Assembly: GCA_030390025.1 (NCBI GenBank)
Contig: CM059430.1
Location: 61,628,001 to 61,692,000 of the forward strand
Origin: Squalus acanthias
Lineage: Eukaryota
DNA length: 64,000 nt
Direction: 5' to 3'
Shown piece by piece: positions 13,521 through 25,902 of this stretch. The notes under the pieces were generated by a model, which did no database searches, had not been told where the DNA came from, and was given only the letters and a program-made list of their open reading frames with translations. The position numbers and the translations under genes were made by a program. The stretch's first letter is position 1. Each line of letters starts with the position of its first letter.

Positions 13521-13895
13521 CTGTACAGAAAATATTAGATTGGCAATTTCAAGTAGTGGAGCCAAAATGTGCCCTGGTGTGTGTAATAACCACGATTGTA
13601 GCAGGACATTGTTCTGTTGAGTTGTGATGAAGGCACCTTGTTGGGGCGGCGTAGCTGGCCTTTAATGTTGTATAAAATACCTGACCTAGGAGGTGTTAAC
13701 ATTTTTCCATTGTCGCTCCTTGGCACCGCTACTTTGGTGAGAAGGAATGTGACCATCTAATCCCAGTTATTAATTTCAAGCCAAGATTTAAACATTTATA
13801 ATATTTCAGTATTTTGCCTCAATAATAATTGTAACTGCACTTCCAAAAGAACTCATTGGATGCAAAGCACTTTCGAATGTCATGCGGACAATGAC

Positions 13896-14052
13896 GGGGT
13901 GAAATTGATCTGGGGCAGTAGCGCAAAACGGGCGCTAGTGAATCGGCGGGCCGTTGTACACCGGGGTAAATGGAAAAGGAAATCGGGAGAAGCGTAAAAC
14001 GAATTTGCTATCACCTGGTTTTCGTCAAGTAATAAAAGTTGAAATTACCCCC
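13896..14052. mobile_element. Short MITE with Harbinger-type termini
   Basis: GGGGTGAAATT … AATTACCCCC inverted ends, similar to the GGGGDRRAAATTCAG TIRs of the full elements; a related fragment starts near 51879. Confidence 0.55.
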
Positions 14053-14119
14053 ACTATTGAGTTTTACATATATCGCACACTGCTGAGAATCTCCCATTAC
14101 CCGGCACAATGACACTTAC

Positions 14120-14425
14120 CGTACACAGTAAGCTGGGAGCCAGTTCCATCTCCAATAGATTTCTGATGATGTTTTACTTTACAGTAATACACTCCGGCGT
14201 CGGCGATACTCGCATTAAGGAGATCAAATGACCCACTTCCCTTTTTTACATTAAATTGCTTTCTGCTGTCTGGCTCCAGAAATGTCTCCTCGCCCCGTCT
14301 CCGCCAATAAACATCGGGGGCATCTTGAAATATGGGAAATGTGCAGAACATGGCAACATTTGTACTCCTAGCAACTTTAATAAATTTAGGGAATTGATCC
14401 ACTTTAATCGAAGTTCCTTCAGCGG
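14120..14425 (-). CDS. Exon 2: Ig V-set domain with germline-joined J-like G strand
   Basis: Acceptor ttttctgatag| at 14426, donor G|gtaagt at 14119; 306 nt, phase 1-1. Contains B-strand Cys (MFCTF), C-strand Trp (VYWRR), DAGVYYC and the J-like GDGTGSQLTVY. Confidence 0.93.
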
Positions 14426-14639
14426 CTATCAGAAAATAAACAAAAATGTTGACACAATAGTTTGCATACCTTAGAAAAAGAACAAATAAAATGACTTAGA
14501 AATAAAAAAACAAGAAAATTAACCACATTAGTAACACAATAAGAAAAACGGAAGAAAGAAATGTGCACAAAATATGAATTTCTTTTTTAACAATAGCTTT
14601 TTTTCGATAAGCATGGAGCGGTAAGATAAACGAACACAC

Positions 14640-14694
14640 CTCTGTAAAGAACTCCCACCAAAGATATGCAGAAAAGCGCGGAGATCACCGCCAT
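14640..14694 (-). CDS. Exon 1 (signal peptide) of a non-rearranging VJ-C1 IgSF receptor
   Basis: ATG at 14694 encodes hydrophobic MAVISALFCISLVGVLYR; phase-1 donor G|gtgtgt at 14640/14639; splices in frame to the V exon (…LYR-A-AEGTSIKVDQFP). Confidence 0.8.
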
Positions 14695-14699
14695 TCTGA

Positions 14700-15060
14700 G
14701 TGACGAACATTAATCTGGCCACAAGCTGCAAGGAAGGAACAAGCTCCTGGAGCTTTGGAAGCCAGGGCTTTGCACGTGATCTAGAGTGGCGTGTAACATC
14801 ACGAGCCTAAATGTACAATTTCATGTTGATGTATTTCCTTTGTTAAGACAGTATTGTGGGCGGAGAGTCGTGCAGACTGACGGTTTTATGCACCCACTTA
14901 AAAGATCTAGGATACTTGGGTGTATTGTAGTTAGTCGTGTTACTCACACGCAAAAATGCGCGATCTTTAAAGCCATGTAACTTGTTTGACTCCAGATTGC
15001 ACTTCTCTCTTGGCGGAAACGCGGAGAGAACTCTGGACTGTGAGTGCTCATTTCTTGTTC
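14700..15060 (-). promoter_or_regulatory. Putative promoter / 5' region of the VJ-C1 gene
   Basis: Non-repeat, CpG-containing sequence directly upstream of the ATG; E-box CACGTG near 14773 and GC-box GGGCGG near 14858. Positional inference only. Confidence 0.35.
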
Positions 15061-15899
15061 TTGTGGTGATAAAGCGTTATTAATTGTATTGGTGTATTTT
15101 GTTCTGGCTATTCCTACAGCAAACCCTGATCAATGTAAAAAAAAATCTCCTGTCTGTGCATTGAATGCCCGTGCGTCTTTATGCTAACCAATCGAGTGCT
15201 CCATGTTAATGAGCTTAAATGCATATGTCAAAATCCAGCGACTCACATTCTGCTGTAAATAGGAAGAGCCTATTTGTCTGATCCATAGTTGTGCCAATGT
15301 AACAACACTCTTGACTTCAGCTGTGATGGTGAACTGTCGGATGAACTAACTTGCCTAGCTCATCCCTATTAACCTTCTGGTCTTATTTCCTATGAACGTT
15401 GAAACTAACAAATGAGAAAACAAGAGTGAAAGTGGAACGGCAGATCTTGTGGACTATAGTTTTGTTGTGCGTTATAGTGAATCCCCTCATCCTGCTGCCC
15501 GACCATAGCCCCCAGATCCACCTGAATTCACAAATGCTGTCCTAGTGGCTTCTATTAAATGATTGCAGTGTCTACCACAGCTTATAAGTATCCCATTAGC
15601 ACCATCCTCCGATCAAGTACTCCGGTGTGAGTTTGCTTTATATATGTACGTTCAGTGAACATTCATGCTGACACTAAACCCATTCACTATATATCTGTAT
15701 TGTTTCAGATTGCATGCTTGCTTACTATGACCTGGTCGCTTATTTGGTGAAGCCATCATCCTTGGAGTCTTCTGTAGTAGGTGACCTCAGAGAGAGCTAC
15801 TACAGTAGTGGCATGATTGAGCTAAGTGCCCCTGCACTGGACAGAATATTAATCAATTAGGCTTGGGTTGTCATCCATATCTGAAGCAGCCAACTGAAA

Positions 15900-18560
15900 T
15901 GAAGTTTTGTATGTAGTCCAATGTCCGCAGTGTAATTAATAAGGTTGTTGAGCTGCAGGCACAAATTGCTGCATGGGATTATGACGTGGTTGCATTAATA
16001 GAGACCTGGCTAAAATAAAGCCAGGAATTGGTTCTTAATATTCCTGGTTTCCAAGTATTCAGGAATGATAGAGTAAGATAACGCGCAGGGGCCGTGTCAG
16101 CATTGAATAAAGATGATGTTACGGCTCTAAGTCGAAAGTATACACTCGATAGTTCGAGGACTGAACTTATTTGGCTTGAGTTGAGGAACAGAGGGGGAGC
16201 TGTTACACTGTTGGAAGTTTTTTTTATAGAGCTCCAAACAGTGGGAAGGAGATAGATGAGCATATTTGTCGGCAAATTTCAAAGCCGTGTAACAAAAATA
16301 GAGTAGTAATATTAGGAGACTTTAATTACCCGAATATAGACTGGGGAATACATAGTTCTGAGGATAGGGAAGGAGAGGAGTTTCTGATATGTGTACAGGA
16401 GAACTTTCTCGATCAATATGTCTCCAGTCCAACAAGGAAGGAAGCAGTTTTGGATCTGGTTCTGGGAAATGAAGTAGGGCAAGCGGTGTGTGTTACCGTA
16501 GGAGATCATCTAGCTAAAAGTGACTACAACATAATTCGGTTTAAAATAAGTATGAAAAGAGATCAGAAAATATCGAAGGCAAAAGTGCTCAACTAGGGAA
16601 GAGCTAATTTCAGTGATTTAAGGAGGAACCTAGCACAGATATATTGTAAAAGGCGATTGCAGTGTAAAGCAATAACGGAGCAATGGAAGGCATTCAGGGA
16701 AGAGATAGTTCAGGTGCAAAATAAGCATACTTCTACGAAGGGAAAAGGTACAGCATCCAAAGTAAATACGCCCTGGATGACAAAGGAATTACAAGTTAAA
16801 ATAAAACAGAAAAAGAGGCTTTTGACAAATTTCAGGGGCAAGATTCAATTATTAAACAGGAAGTTTATGGAAAGTACAGGAGGGAATTGAAAAAGCTAAT
16901 TCGGGAGGCAAAGAGAGGTTACGAAAAAAGATGAGCAAGCAATATTAAAATGAACCTTAAAACATTTTATAAACATATAAAGCATAAGTAGTTAGCTAGG
17001 GAAAACGTTGGGCTATTAATGGCCCAAAGGGAAACCTTCATGTCGAGGCAGAGGACATGGTTAAACTATTAAATGAATGCTTTGTATCTGTCTTCACAAA
17101 GGAAGATGGAATGCATCCTAGGTTGCTGAAAGATGCAAAGGTAAAAATAGCAGAGGCATTGGTCAAAATATTTCAATAATCATTGGATACAGGTACTGCC
17201 GGAGGACTGGAGGGTTGCTAATGTTATACTACTATTCAAGTTAGGGGAGAGGGATAAACCAGGAAATTACAGGGCAGTCAGCCTAACATCGCTAGTGGAG
17301 AAGTTACTAGAAACAATTATCAGGGACAAAATAAACTTTCATTTGGAAAGGCATGGGTTAATCAAGGAGAGTCAGCATGGATTTGTTAAAGGCAAATCTT
17401 CTCTGACTAACTTGATTGAATTATTTGATGAGATAACAGAGAAGGCTGATCAAGGTATTGCAGTAGCTGTTGTATGAATGGAGTTTCGGAAGGTATTGGA
17501 CAAACATGCGCACAGGAAGCTTATTAAGAAGATGAAAGCCCATGTAATTAAGGGGAAAGTGGCGGTATGGATACACAATTGGCTCAGTGACAGGAAGCAA
17601 AGGGTAGTGGTGGATAGAAGTTTTTCATACTTGGAGGTGGTTTGCAGTGATGTTCCCTAAGGCTCAGTTTTGGGTCAATTACCCTTTTCAATTTTTATAA
17701 ACCACCTAGACTCGGCTGTAGGGAGCAGATATTTGCAGATGATGCGGAACTTGGTAAAGTAGTAGATAGAGATGAGGAATGTTATAGGCTTCGAGATGAC
17801 ATAGACAGGATGGTGAAATGGGCAGAAGCATGGCAGATGGAGTTCAATGAGGAGAAATGTGAAGTGATGCACTTTGGGAGGACATATATGGAAACGGCAC
17901 GATTTTGAAAAGTGTAGATGAGCAGAGAGACCTTGGTATCCATATACACAAATCCTTAAATGATGTAGGACAACTTGATAAGATGGTTAAAACCTCATAT
18001 GGGTTACTTGGGTTTATAAATAGTGGAATAGAATATAAAAAGCAAAGAGATCATGTTGGAACTTTATACTCACTGCTTAGGCCTCAGCTGGAGTATTGTG
18101 GACAATTCTGGGCACCACACTTCATGAAAGATGTAAAGGGCTTAGAAATGATACAGAGGAGGTTTACTAGGATATTACCAGGGATGAGGGACTTCAGTTA
18201 TGAGGAGAAGTGGTAAAAGGTTGGACTGTTCTCCTTGGAACAGAGAAGGTTAAGAGGTGACCTAATAGCGGTTTTCAAGATGATGTGAGGTTTTGATAGA
18301 GTAGAGAAAAACGATTCCCTCTGGCGAGCGGTGCAATAACTACAGGCCATAAGTTAAAAATCATTGACGAAAGATCTAGAGGTTGATGAGGAGTTTATTT
18401 TTCACTCGAAGATGGTGGAAGCTGATGCCATAAATAATTTTAAAAGGTTGTTACGGACAAAAAGCAGGGATGTGGCACTAAGCACGGATGCTTTTTCAAA
18501 GTGCCATCACATGCAGGAAAGGCCGAATGGCCTCTTTCTGTGCTGTAAGTTTCTATGATT
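15900..18560 (+). mobile_element. Old, decayed CR1 LINE ORF2
   Basis: EN (GDFN), ESQHGFVKGKS and LLRPQLEYCGQFWAP fragments with many stops; TTCTATG tail near 18550. Confidence 0.85.
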
Positions 18561-19139
18561 CTACGATCCTTATGTATAAAATAGGATTGTAAAGGTAATT
18601 CGGGAATACTACTGACAACTAAGCAATGATTGTAGGACAAGTTGACGCGAGTGCAAACGAGCAGAAGGTAAATTTTAGACTGATATCAGGAAGATTTATT
18701 TTCACACAGGAGTGGTCACCATGTGCAAGGGCCTTCCAGTTAGAGTAGTGGAGATAAAAAATAATCCATTAAATAATTTAAAAAACAATCTGTTCGGAAT
18801 CTGTAGCGTCTTTCAGGGCGCACGGCCCAAATTTATTCTCTCAACTGTATCTACTTTGCACTCGTGACGCCTGCTACAAGGTGTGTGTGTATTCGTGCAT
18901 GTCCCCTGTGGCCCAATTTCCATATTCCACCCCAAGCCACCATTGGGACTGACGCTTGAAGAATGGCCAGTTGGGTGAGGTTTGAATGGTACATGAGGAC
19001 GCTTATCTGTGTCTCTTTCAAGAGCAGAAGAAAAATGGGCATGACAGTCGGCAACATTGTTTTAAATCTGCTTCTGCATTTTCGAAAGCAGGTAAACTAG
19101 TTAAATATAAGTGATTTGTCGCGTTTACAGAGTCGAATT

Positions 19140-19593
19140 TCTTCTTTAATGTCGAAGTGGTTTTGGGCTCATCCCTTTGACATGAGAAGGAGATGGTGCC
19201 GGGCCCTCTCCTTGAAGTTTTTTTTTACAACTGGATGGCTTCCTAAGCCTTTTCAGAGTACAGTTCAGAGTGAACCACATTAGTGCGAGACTGGAGATAC
19301 ATATAGGCCGCGTGCCAGTTTTCCTTGCCTAAAGGAATGAACCGTTAGTTGATCGTTAGTCAATAGTAAACCGCTGGGGTTTTCACAATTCAACAGCTTG
19401 ATTGTTAATTTTACTGCTACCAGATTTTTACTCCTTCAATCACATCCATAAAGAGATTTATCTGAAACATTTTTTGATTATCATGCTTTTTATTTTCAAA
19501 CTGAATTCAAATTCTCAAACTGCCATGTTGTAATTTTAACTCACGCTCGCTGGGTTACAAGTCCAGTACCATAACTACTACACTACCGTACCC
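19140..19593 (-). mobile_element. Degenerate tRNA-derived SINE
   Basis: Decayed tRNA-like head (gggtacggtagtgtagtagttatggtactggacttgtaaccc) on the minus strand; 3' end resembles the LINE tail near 59050-59110. Confidence 0.5.
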
Positions 19594-20981
19594 ATTGCAT
19601 TTCCTCCTTCAGAAAACAGCAGGTTAGTGTTCTGTCGGTCACACAATCCCGAGTCATAAGGCTATGATCATATTTCCACTTGGGAAGTGCTTGCTCGCAA
19701 CACCGCAGATCAATCCCAATTCATCTATTTAATTTTATTGCGATTATTACCATTTGACATACAGCACATTCATATATAAAGAATACATGGTGTATTATAT
19801 TCGGTTTATTTTGGTTGTGAGGTTTACTGCGTGGCTTAATATTAACACCTGAACTAATGCAAACGAAGCTTCCTGAGCAGAAATAACTCGAGTATCTGTT
19901 TAAATTGAAAGGACCGTAAACAGCCTATCGCCGCCGCACAGCCGTATTAATCACATTGCGAAACATTCGCCCTGTCACTGCAACAGGTTGAAGGAGATAA
20001 ATTTAACACCTTATTGTGCACGTTCGCTTGCTCATTTTGCAACATTCAAATCAAAAGAACAGCAATCATTGGTCTAACGCTAGCATTGAAAGATCAAGCT
20101 AGCCTGTTTTGTTTGAGTAACGAATTACCACCCCGGCTATTTCTCTTTTCTTATATATTATTTATACCTTTTACATGTTTTCTTATAACCTGTCATTTTT
20201 CAATCAGGTTACCTTCTAATTTATGCTTTTTAATTTTACATGCATGTACGCAATTTGGAAAGCCGTTCAAACGTAATTCCCAGGACCAAATATAAAGTTA
20301 AGGCCTGAGACACCTCTCAGTAGCGATCGCTGGAAACTAGTCCAGTGAATAAATGGTGCACGTTATGTCGGGGTATTGGACAGTGCCGGGATTTTTGCAA
20401 GTGGTTTAAGGGGCTGGGATAAATGGGTTAGCATCTGCTTTATTTTTCAACAATTTATCAATTTTAAGATGACACTCAGAATGACATGAAGTAGTTCAAG
20501 GCGTCATTTTCATTGAGGCATCTCTGTTCTAGCTAAGATAGGTAAGGTGCTGTGAGGGAGGCAACACACGATGAGACATGTCATGTACGTGAACTGGGAA
20601 TGAGACTTAACATAGAAGCTCAATTGGAGAATAAAGAATGCACAGAGAGACACTACAAGGACCAACTGTACAAATCTTAGCTATTTCCGTGTACCGATCC
20701 ATTTCTAGTCCATCACGAATCATTAAACAATTTATACAGAGCAATAAATAAACGATATTATGCGACGTGAAGCTTCGGCGGAGTAATAAAATAACAATTA
20801 AATAAAATAACATTTAAATATGTATCTTAGGTGACAATAATCTTGTTCCATGTATACAATCTTTGTTTAACTGCTCCTGATTCTATGCGTCACCGAGGTC
20901 TTTGACATGTTCAGTTAAAGTTCAGGGGCACCCGCACAAGTACACTCCTCATGAGTTGCCCATTACATATAAAAACATAAT

Positions 20982-21745
20982 GGCCCAGAATTTCGGCGCT
21001 TGGCCGGTGAGTACGCGCTGTGTACTTAGCCGTAAGGCCACTTGAAGTGCCGGTTTCCTGCATGCACTGCGCATGCATGGGAAACCGGAACTTCCGGTCT
21101 CGTGAAGGGACGGGTTCAGTGGTGAACCGCGTGGGAGGGAGAGGCTGCCCGCACGCAGCGTACTTCGTTTTTTTTCAGGTTTTTCTGGGAAGGTAAGTAT
21201 GGAAGAAGCTGCGCTTTTAAAAAGGAGGGGCAAGACCCGTTTTTAACAAGGTAAGTGGTTAATTAATTACAATTTAAAAAAAATTTCAACAGGTTTATCT
21301 TTTTTAGATACTTTAAAGAAAGGTAAGTTTATTTTTAGCACCGTTAAAAAGTATTTTAATGTTTTCAAAAATTAAAATTTTTGTTTAAAGTAGTTAATTT
21401 ATTTAACTTATAGTTATTTTAAAAAAGTGATGTCTTTTTTAAAATTTATTTGAAATTTAGGAGTTGTTTTTGGGGCCGATTTCAATTCATAGATTTGACA
21501 GGTCTTCCTGTCAAATATATGAATGAAAATGGTCTGTTAGGATTGGCTCTCCATGGCCCACGTGATCCCAGGGGATGCTTCGAACTAACTGCGCCCCTGG
21601 GACACGCAAGCACTGCGTGCGGGCAGCTGGAGGAGGCCCAGGACCCAAAGTTCTCGTGGGCGCAAAACACAACGGCAGGTGCGGTAGGTAAGTACGCGCA
21701 CGATGCTTGCACCCGCAGGAAGCCGGAAAAGCGAATTTCTGGCCG
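20982..21745 (+). mobile_element. MITE family B (Harbinger-like, 764 bp)
   Basis: TIRs GGCCCAGAATTTCG / CGAATTTCTGGCCG; TSD AAT; internal palindrome CCGGTTTCC…GGAAACCGG; related copy at about 44245-45007. Confidence 0.85.
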
Positions 21746-23364
21746 AATGTAGAAATCATCATCATTCTTCCGCTCCTTCTTTTCATTCTTTGGTTTAATC
21801 TCAAGCAGGATCCTGCGTATCCAATGAAATGAGTTAAAAAAATACATTACTATCCCAGATACACATCTACTCTTTATTTAATTACATGACCAGAAGATAT
21901 TTAATTGAAAAGTTGTGTAATAGATATTACAACATTACATTCTCGCAATTTCGACTAAAGTTATAATTGCTGTTTGGCAATATATAATTTTCGACTGCAT
22001 TTTCCAGTGGGTATTTAGTATGTGCCTACCAGTAATTCAGTAATCAATTCAGTTTGCTGCCAGTCTTTTCACCTCGTCAGAGATAAAACATATTTAAATA
22101 TGTTGCTAGTGGTCTTCAGACATTTGATTCTGACTTTTATGGCTTCAGTGTCCTCCCCTGTTCTCCGAAGGTGTTGATTATGTTTGGGTGTAAACCCAAG
22201 GCTGCCGGTTACCCTCTACATGGTCACCCAAGTGGCCTAGATTGGCGGTAGGCTTTTCGATTGTGAGGGTCAACAAAGCTGAAACCCATCCTGTCCCATC
22301 ACGGTATCCGCTCAGGGGCACTTTCTAGCAGAGGATAAGGATCAAGAATGCAAATACAGATTGATCATTTTTCCTTTATAAATCGATTTTTTTTGCCTCC
22401 CTGTCATTCCTCCAGCTGATAAATGGATAGCAGAATGGAAAGTAATATCGCCAGTGGGAACGAGAGATGTTTGACCTTGCAGTGAATTTGAGAACTCAAA
22501 GATGACGTCCTGTCCAATATTTCAATTAGATATAATTAGGATTAAGTTATTAAATGCGCTTTCAGCCATGTAGGCAAGAACGCATTTTGTTTTTATAAAG
22601 TGGTGTTAGTGATAGCAGCTGCTTGATTTGGCTTTATCACTGATTCAAATAGGGTCTAGAAAATTAGGCAGTGTTTGGGTAATGAAGGATACACCATAGA
22701 TCTCACTTTGAACGTGACCAGGATTATAGTTTTATCTGATGTTCTGTCATTACTGCCACATAAAACTATTCTAAACAGGGTAAGAACATTTTTCAAATCC
22801 AACCCCATTCATAAACGTGGTTTGTACAAATAGGCCCTGAGGTTACTCCCTGAGAACAATTTAGATATTAACTGCAATTTGTCTCTCCCTTCTTTTAGAG
22901 GAGGCGTTTGTCGTTCTGTTTTAAAAGGATTCGTGCATCCGGTGAAATGAGGAACAGAAACATTTTGGACGAACGCATTCCGAGTTCCAAAGCTACCGTC
23001 TCACAGCATAACTAGAGACCCAGCTATTTACGGACGATGAATAAGGCCCTTGAATTTATGCAGTACAACATTCGGAAAGTAATCTTTACGAATTCATAAC
23101 AACTTCTTCAGTCGGTTATTTCAATACAGACATTAATCAATTTACTTCAAAGAAGTTGCTGTCTCCAGTAAAATAATGTTCAAGGAATTTAAGACGCACA
23201 CCTTCAGCGATCCCGTGTTAATATCATACAGGGCAATTTTCAGGCTGAAAGCGTATTTAAATTAGGAGGATCTTATCTTATTGCAGTATCTCTATGTGAC
23301 TCTAGCTCTTGTGTGCGTCTGATGGGGTTTGTGTACAATCAATGTAATCATCGGTGGCAACTTT

Positions 23365-25427
23365 ACAAATTCGATATACGCATAAAAGAGGACTGTTTAC
23401 ACCTAACTCCTTGTTTTGGGGATTTTTTGTCTTTCTGTTCTGGACGTTTTATGAAAGGCGCTGAGCCCGTGTGCGTGTTCAGGAAGGTGAAATATGGATA
23501 CAAGCTAAACATTGCTTCATCTCAAAGTCTCAGACAGTTGTATGTAGCGTATAAATGTAACTTACCTGATTCTGATTCATTCTGATCCGAATTAACTGTA
23601 CCTGTGAGCGATACAGAAGCAAGATTTTGAAAAGGGATAAAGCTGGTTATCTATATTAAAAAAAATGTATTTACAGCCAAGTAAATTGAAATGCAATTTT
23701 CAAAGTAAAACAACTGACTGGTAACTAGCAATGGCGCTCGCTCGAACTACAGCTATTGTGTCGCTGTTAAGTTGTAGGTACACATTTAAGACGAAAAGCC
23801 GCTTAGAGCATCGAAGGACTGTAGCTGCACACTGTTCGCTGGTCAGGCAAAGCGGAGATTGTCCTGAATGTCCTGAATGGGCTGATAAGTGGCAGGTAAC
23901 ATTCGCGCCACACAAGTGCCAGGCAATGACTATCTCCAACAAGCGAGCGTCTAACTACCTCCCCTTGTCATTCAATGGCATTACCATCGCCGAATCCCCC
24001 ACCATCAACATCCTGGGAGGTCACCATTGACCAGAAATATAGCTATACCAGCCACATAAATACTGTGGCAACAAGAGCAGCTCAGAGGCTAGGTATTCTG
24101 TGGTGAGTGTCTCACCTCCTGACTCCCCAAAGCCTTTCCACCATCTACAAGGCACAAGTCAGGATTGTGATGGAATACTCTCCACTTGCCTGGATGAGTG
24201 CAGCTCCAACAACACTCAAGAAGCTCGACATCATCCAAGTCAAAGCAGCCCACTTGATTGGCACCACATCCACCACCTTAAATATGGACTCCCTCCACCC
24301 CGGCGTACCGTGGCTGCAGTGTGTACCATCTACAAGATGCACTGCAGCAACTCGCCAAGGCTTCTTCGGCAGCAGCTCCCAAACCCACGACCTCTACCAC
24401 CTAAAAGGACAAGGGCAGCAGGCGCATGGGAACACCACCACCTCCAGGTTCCCCTCCAAGTCACACACCCTCCTGACTTGGAAGTATATCGCCGGTCCTT
24501 CATCGTCGCTGGGTCAAAATCCTGGAACTCCCTCCCGAACAGCACTGTGGGAGTACCTTCACCACACGGACTGCAGTGGTTCAAGAAGGCAGCTCACCAC
24601 CACCTTCTCAAAGGCAACTAAGGATGGCCAATAAACGCTGGCTTTGCCAGCGGCGCCCACATCCCATGATCGAATAAATATACAAAAATAAAATATGTAC
24701 CTGACTGTCCGTATTGGAAAAGCTCAGTTCACCTGTGTCTAAATCCTGGTCCAATATTAGCAAAAATTGAATTGGTTATTCTGCTCAAGACCAAATAAAG
24801 TAATAAATTAAGTTTGAAACGATACTTTAAATCAAAAACCTCAAGTCTCCGAATGAATAGTTTCACATTCAGAAAACAACATTGGTGCTCAGTAAAACTA
24901 AGGAGCTTTGGCTTGGCGACTGCTGTATTTTAAATACATGTAGAATAAAGTGAACATTTTGAACTTTCTGATTTTTTTTGGCGTTTTCTAAATTTGGCAA
25001 AGAGCCAATGCTTAACCTACACTATCATCGAGTTAACGATTTTAGCTGGAAGGGGAGTGGAATTCTGTGCGTACCATTGGAGCAGCGCTTTGTTCCGCTT
25101 GAATGTGGTGCCGAGCCAACAGAATAACTTGCATCGCCCGGCTCTGCAGCCTCGATTTGCCTCTATGAGCGTAATTTGAAAATTTCACGGTCCATTTCCA
25201 AAATTTGAATTATACGAAGGCAACTATCTCTAACCAATAAAAACGTACTCTCCCCTTTAAACTGTTTCAGTTGATTAGTTTGTGTATTATATATATAACC
25301 TCTTTGTCTTATCTGTACAGCTACGTAATATAAATTGATCAGCGACGATACGTAGCAACATTGGAATTGCCAATGAACCCACTACAATATGAGGGATTCT
25401 ATAATTGGAGGAAGGTAACATTTGTTC
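23365..25427 (-). pseudogene. 3' remnant of a paralogous IgSF receptor (decayed TM exon plus small cytoplasmic exons)
   Basis: 25427-25313 reads …RIPHIVVGSLAIPMLLRIVADQFILRSCT, aligning with exon 4 (…MIARLVLGFMVILALTGIIVDHVKITSIE). It is 115 nt rather than 114 nt, and its donor is G|ataaga where exon 4 has G|gtaaga. AG/GT-bounded micro-exons follow at 24732-24701 (32 nt) and 23601-23566 (36 nt). Confidence 0.55.
23870..24680 (+). mobile_element. 3' fragment of a second LINE family (CR1/L2 group, distinct from the HER1 type)
   Basis: WADKWQVTFAPHKCQAM…IYKAQVR…MEYSPLAW…WNSLP; homologous to 59030-60660. Confidence 0.8.
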
Positions 25428-25902
25428 CTACAAGATATATGAAATAAAGGCAAAACTGACATGTTATATGTAACTTCATTTAATTGATATGAAGACAACT
25501 GTATTAGATGTTAGCCCTACAAGTTACTTGGTTATTTGCATAGGAACATAGGAATTGCTAGACGAAAAAATACAACATTCGATCTTGCTCCCCTTCTACC
25601 ATCCTGTTTTCGCATGATACAATGCTCAAGAATTGTTCACTATTCACGGCAATCAGTCTCTATCAATTCGTCTACAGCAGGCTTATACATGACGCGAGGA
25701 AAACCCCAGTGATATGAGCTTTGGGAACCAAAGGGCCAAAGTATCCTGTTCCTCCCAAGCATGCTACACTTACCACATGTCCTGTCTCAAATTAATCATA
25801 CATTGTATCCCTAAATGTTATTTTTGAAATAAATTAATTTGCATTTGAATGATTCAATGCTAGCAATTTCAATTGAGAGACAGTTGGCTTTAGTTCTCCA
25901 AA

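Noticed and set aside
14123-14160. CACAGTA heptamer-like motif in the J-like end of the V exon as an RSS
   Set aside because: No nonamer at 12- or 23-bp spacing; it is coding sequence for LTVY.
20607-20813. Hydrophobic ORF MLFYLIVILLL… as the leader exon
   Set aside because: No suitable phase-1 donor; a better leader lies 214 nt from the V exon.
22140-22420. Possible ancient LF-SINE-like fragment (also about 1170-1305)
   Set aside because: Too decayed to assign without a repeat-library alignment.
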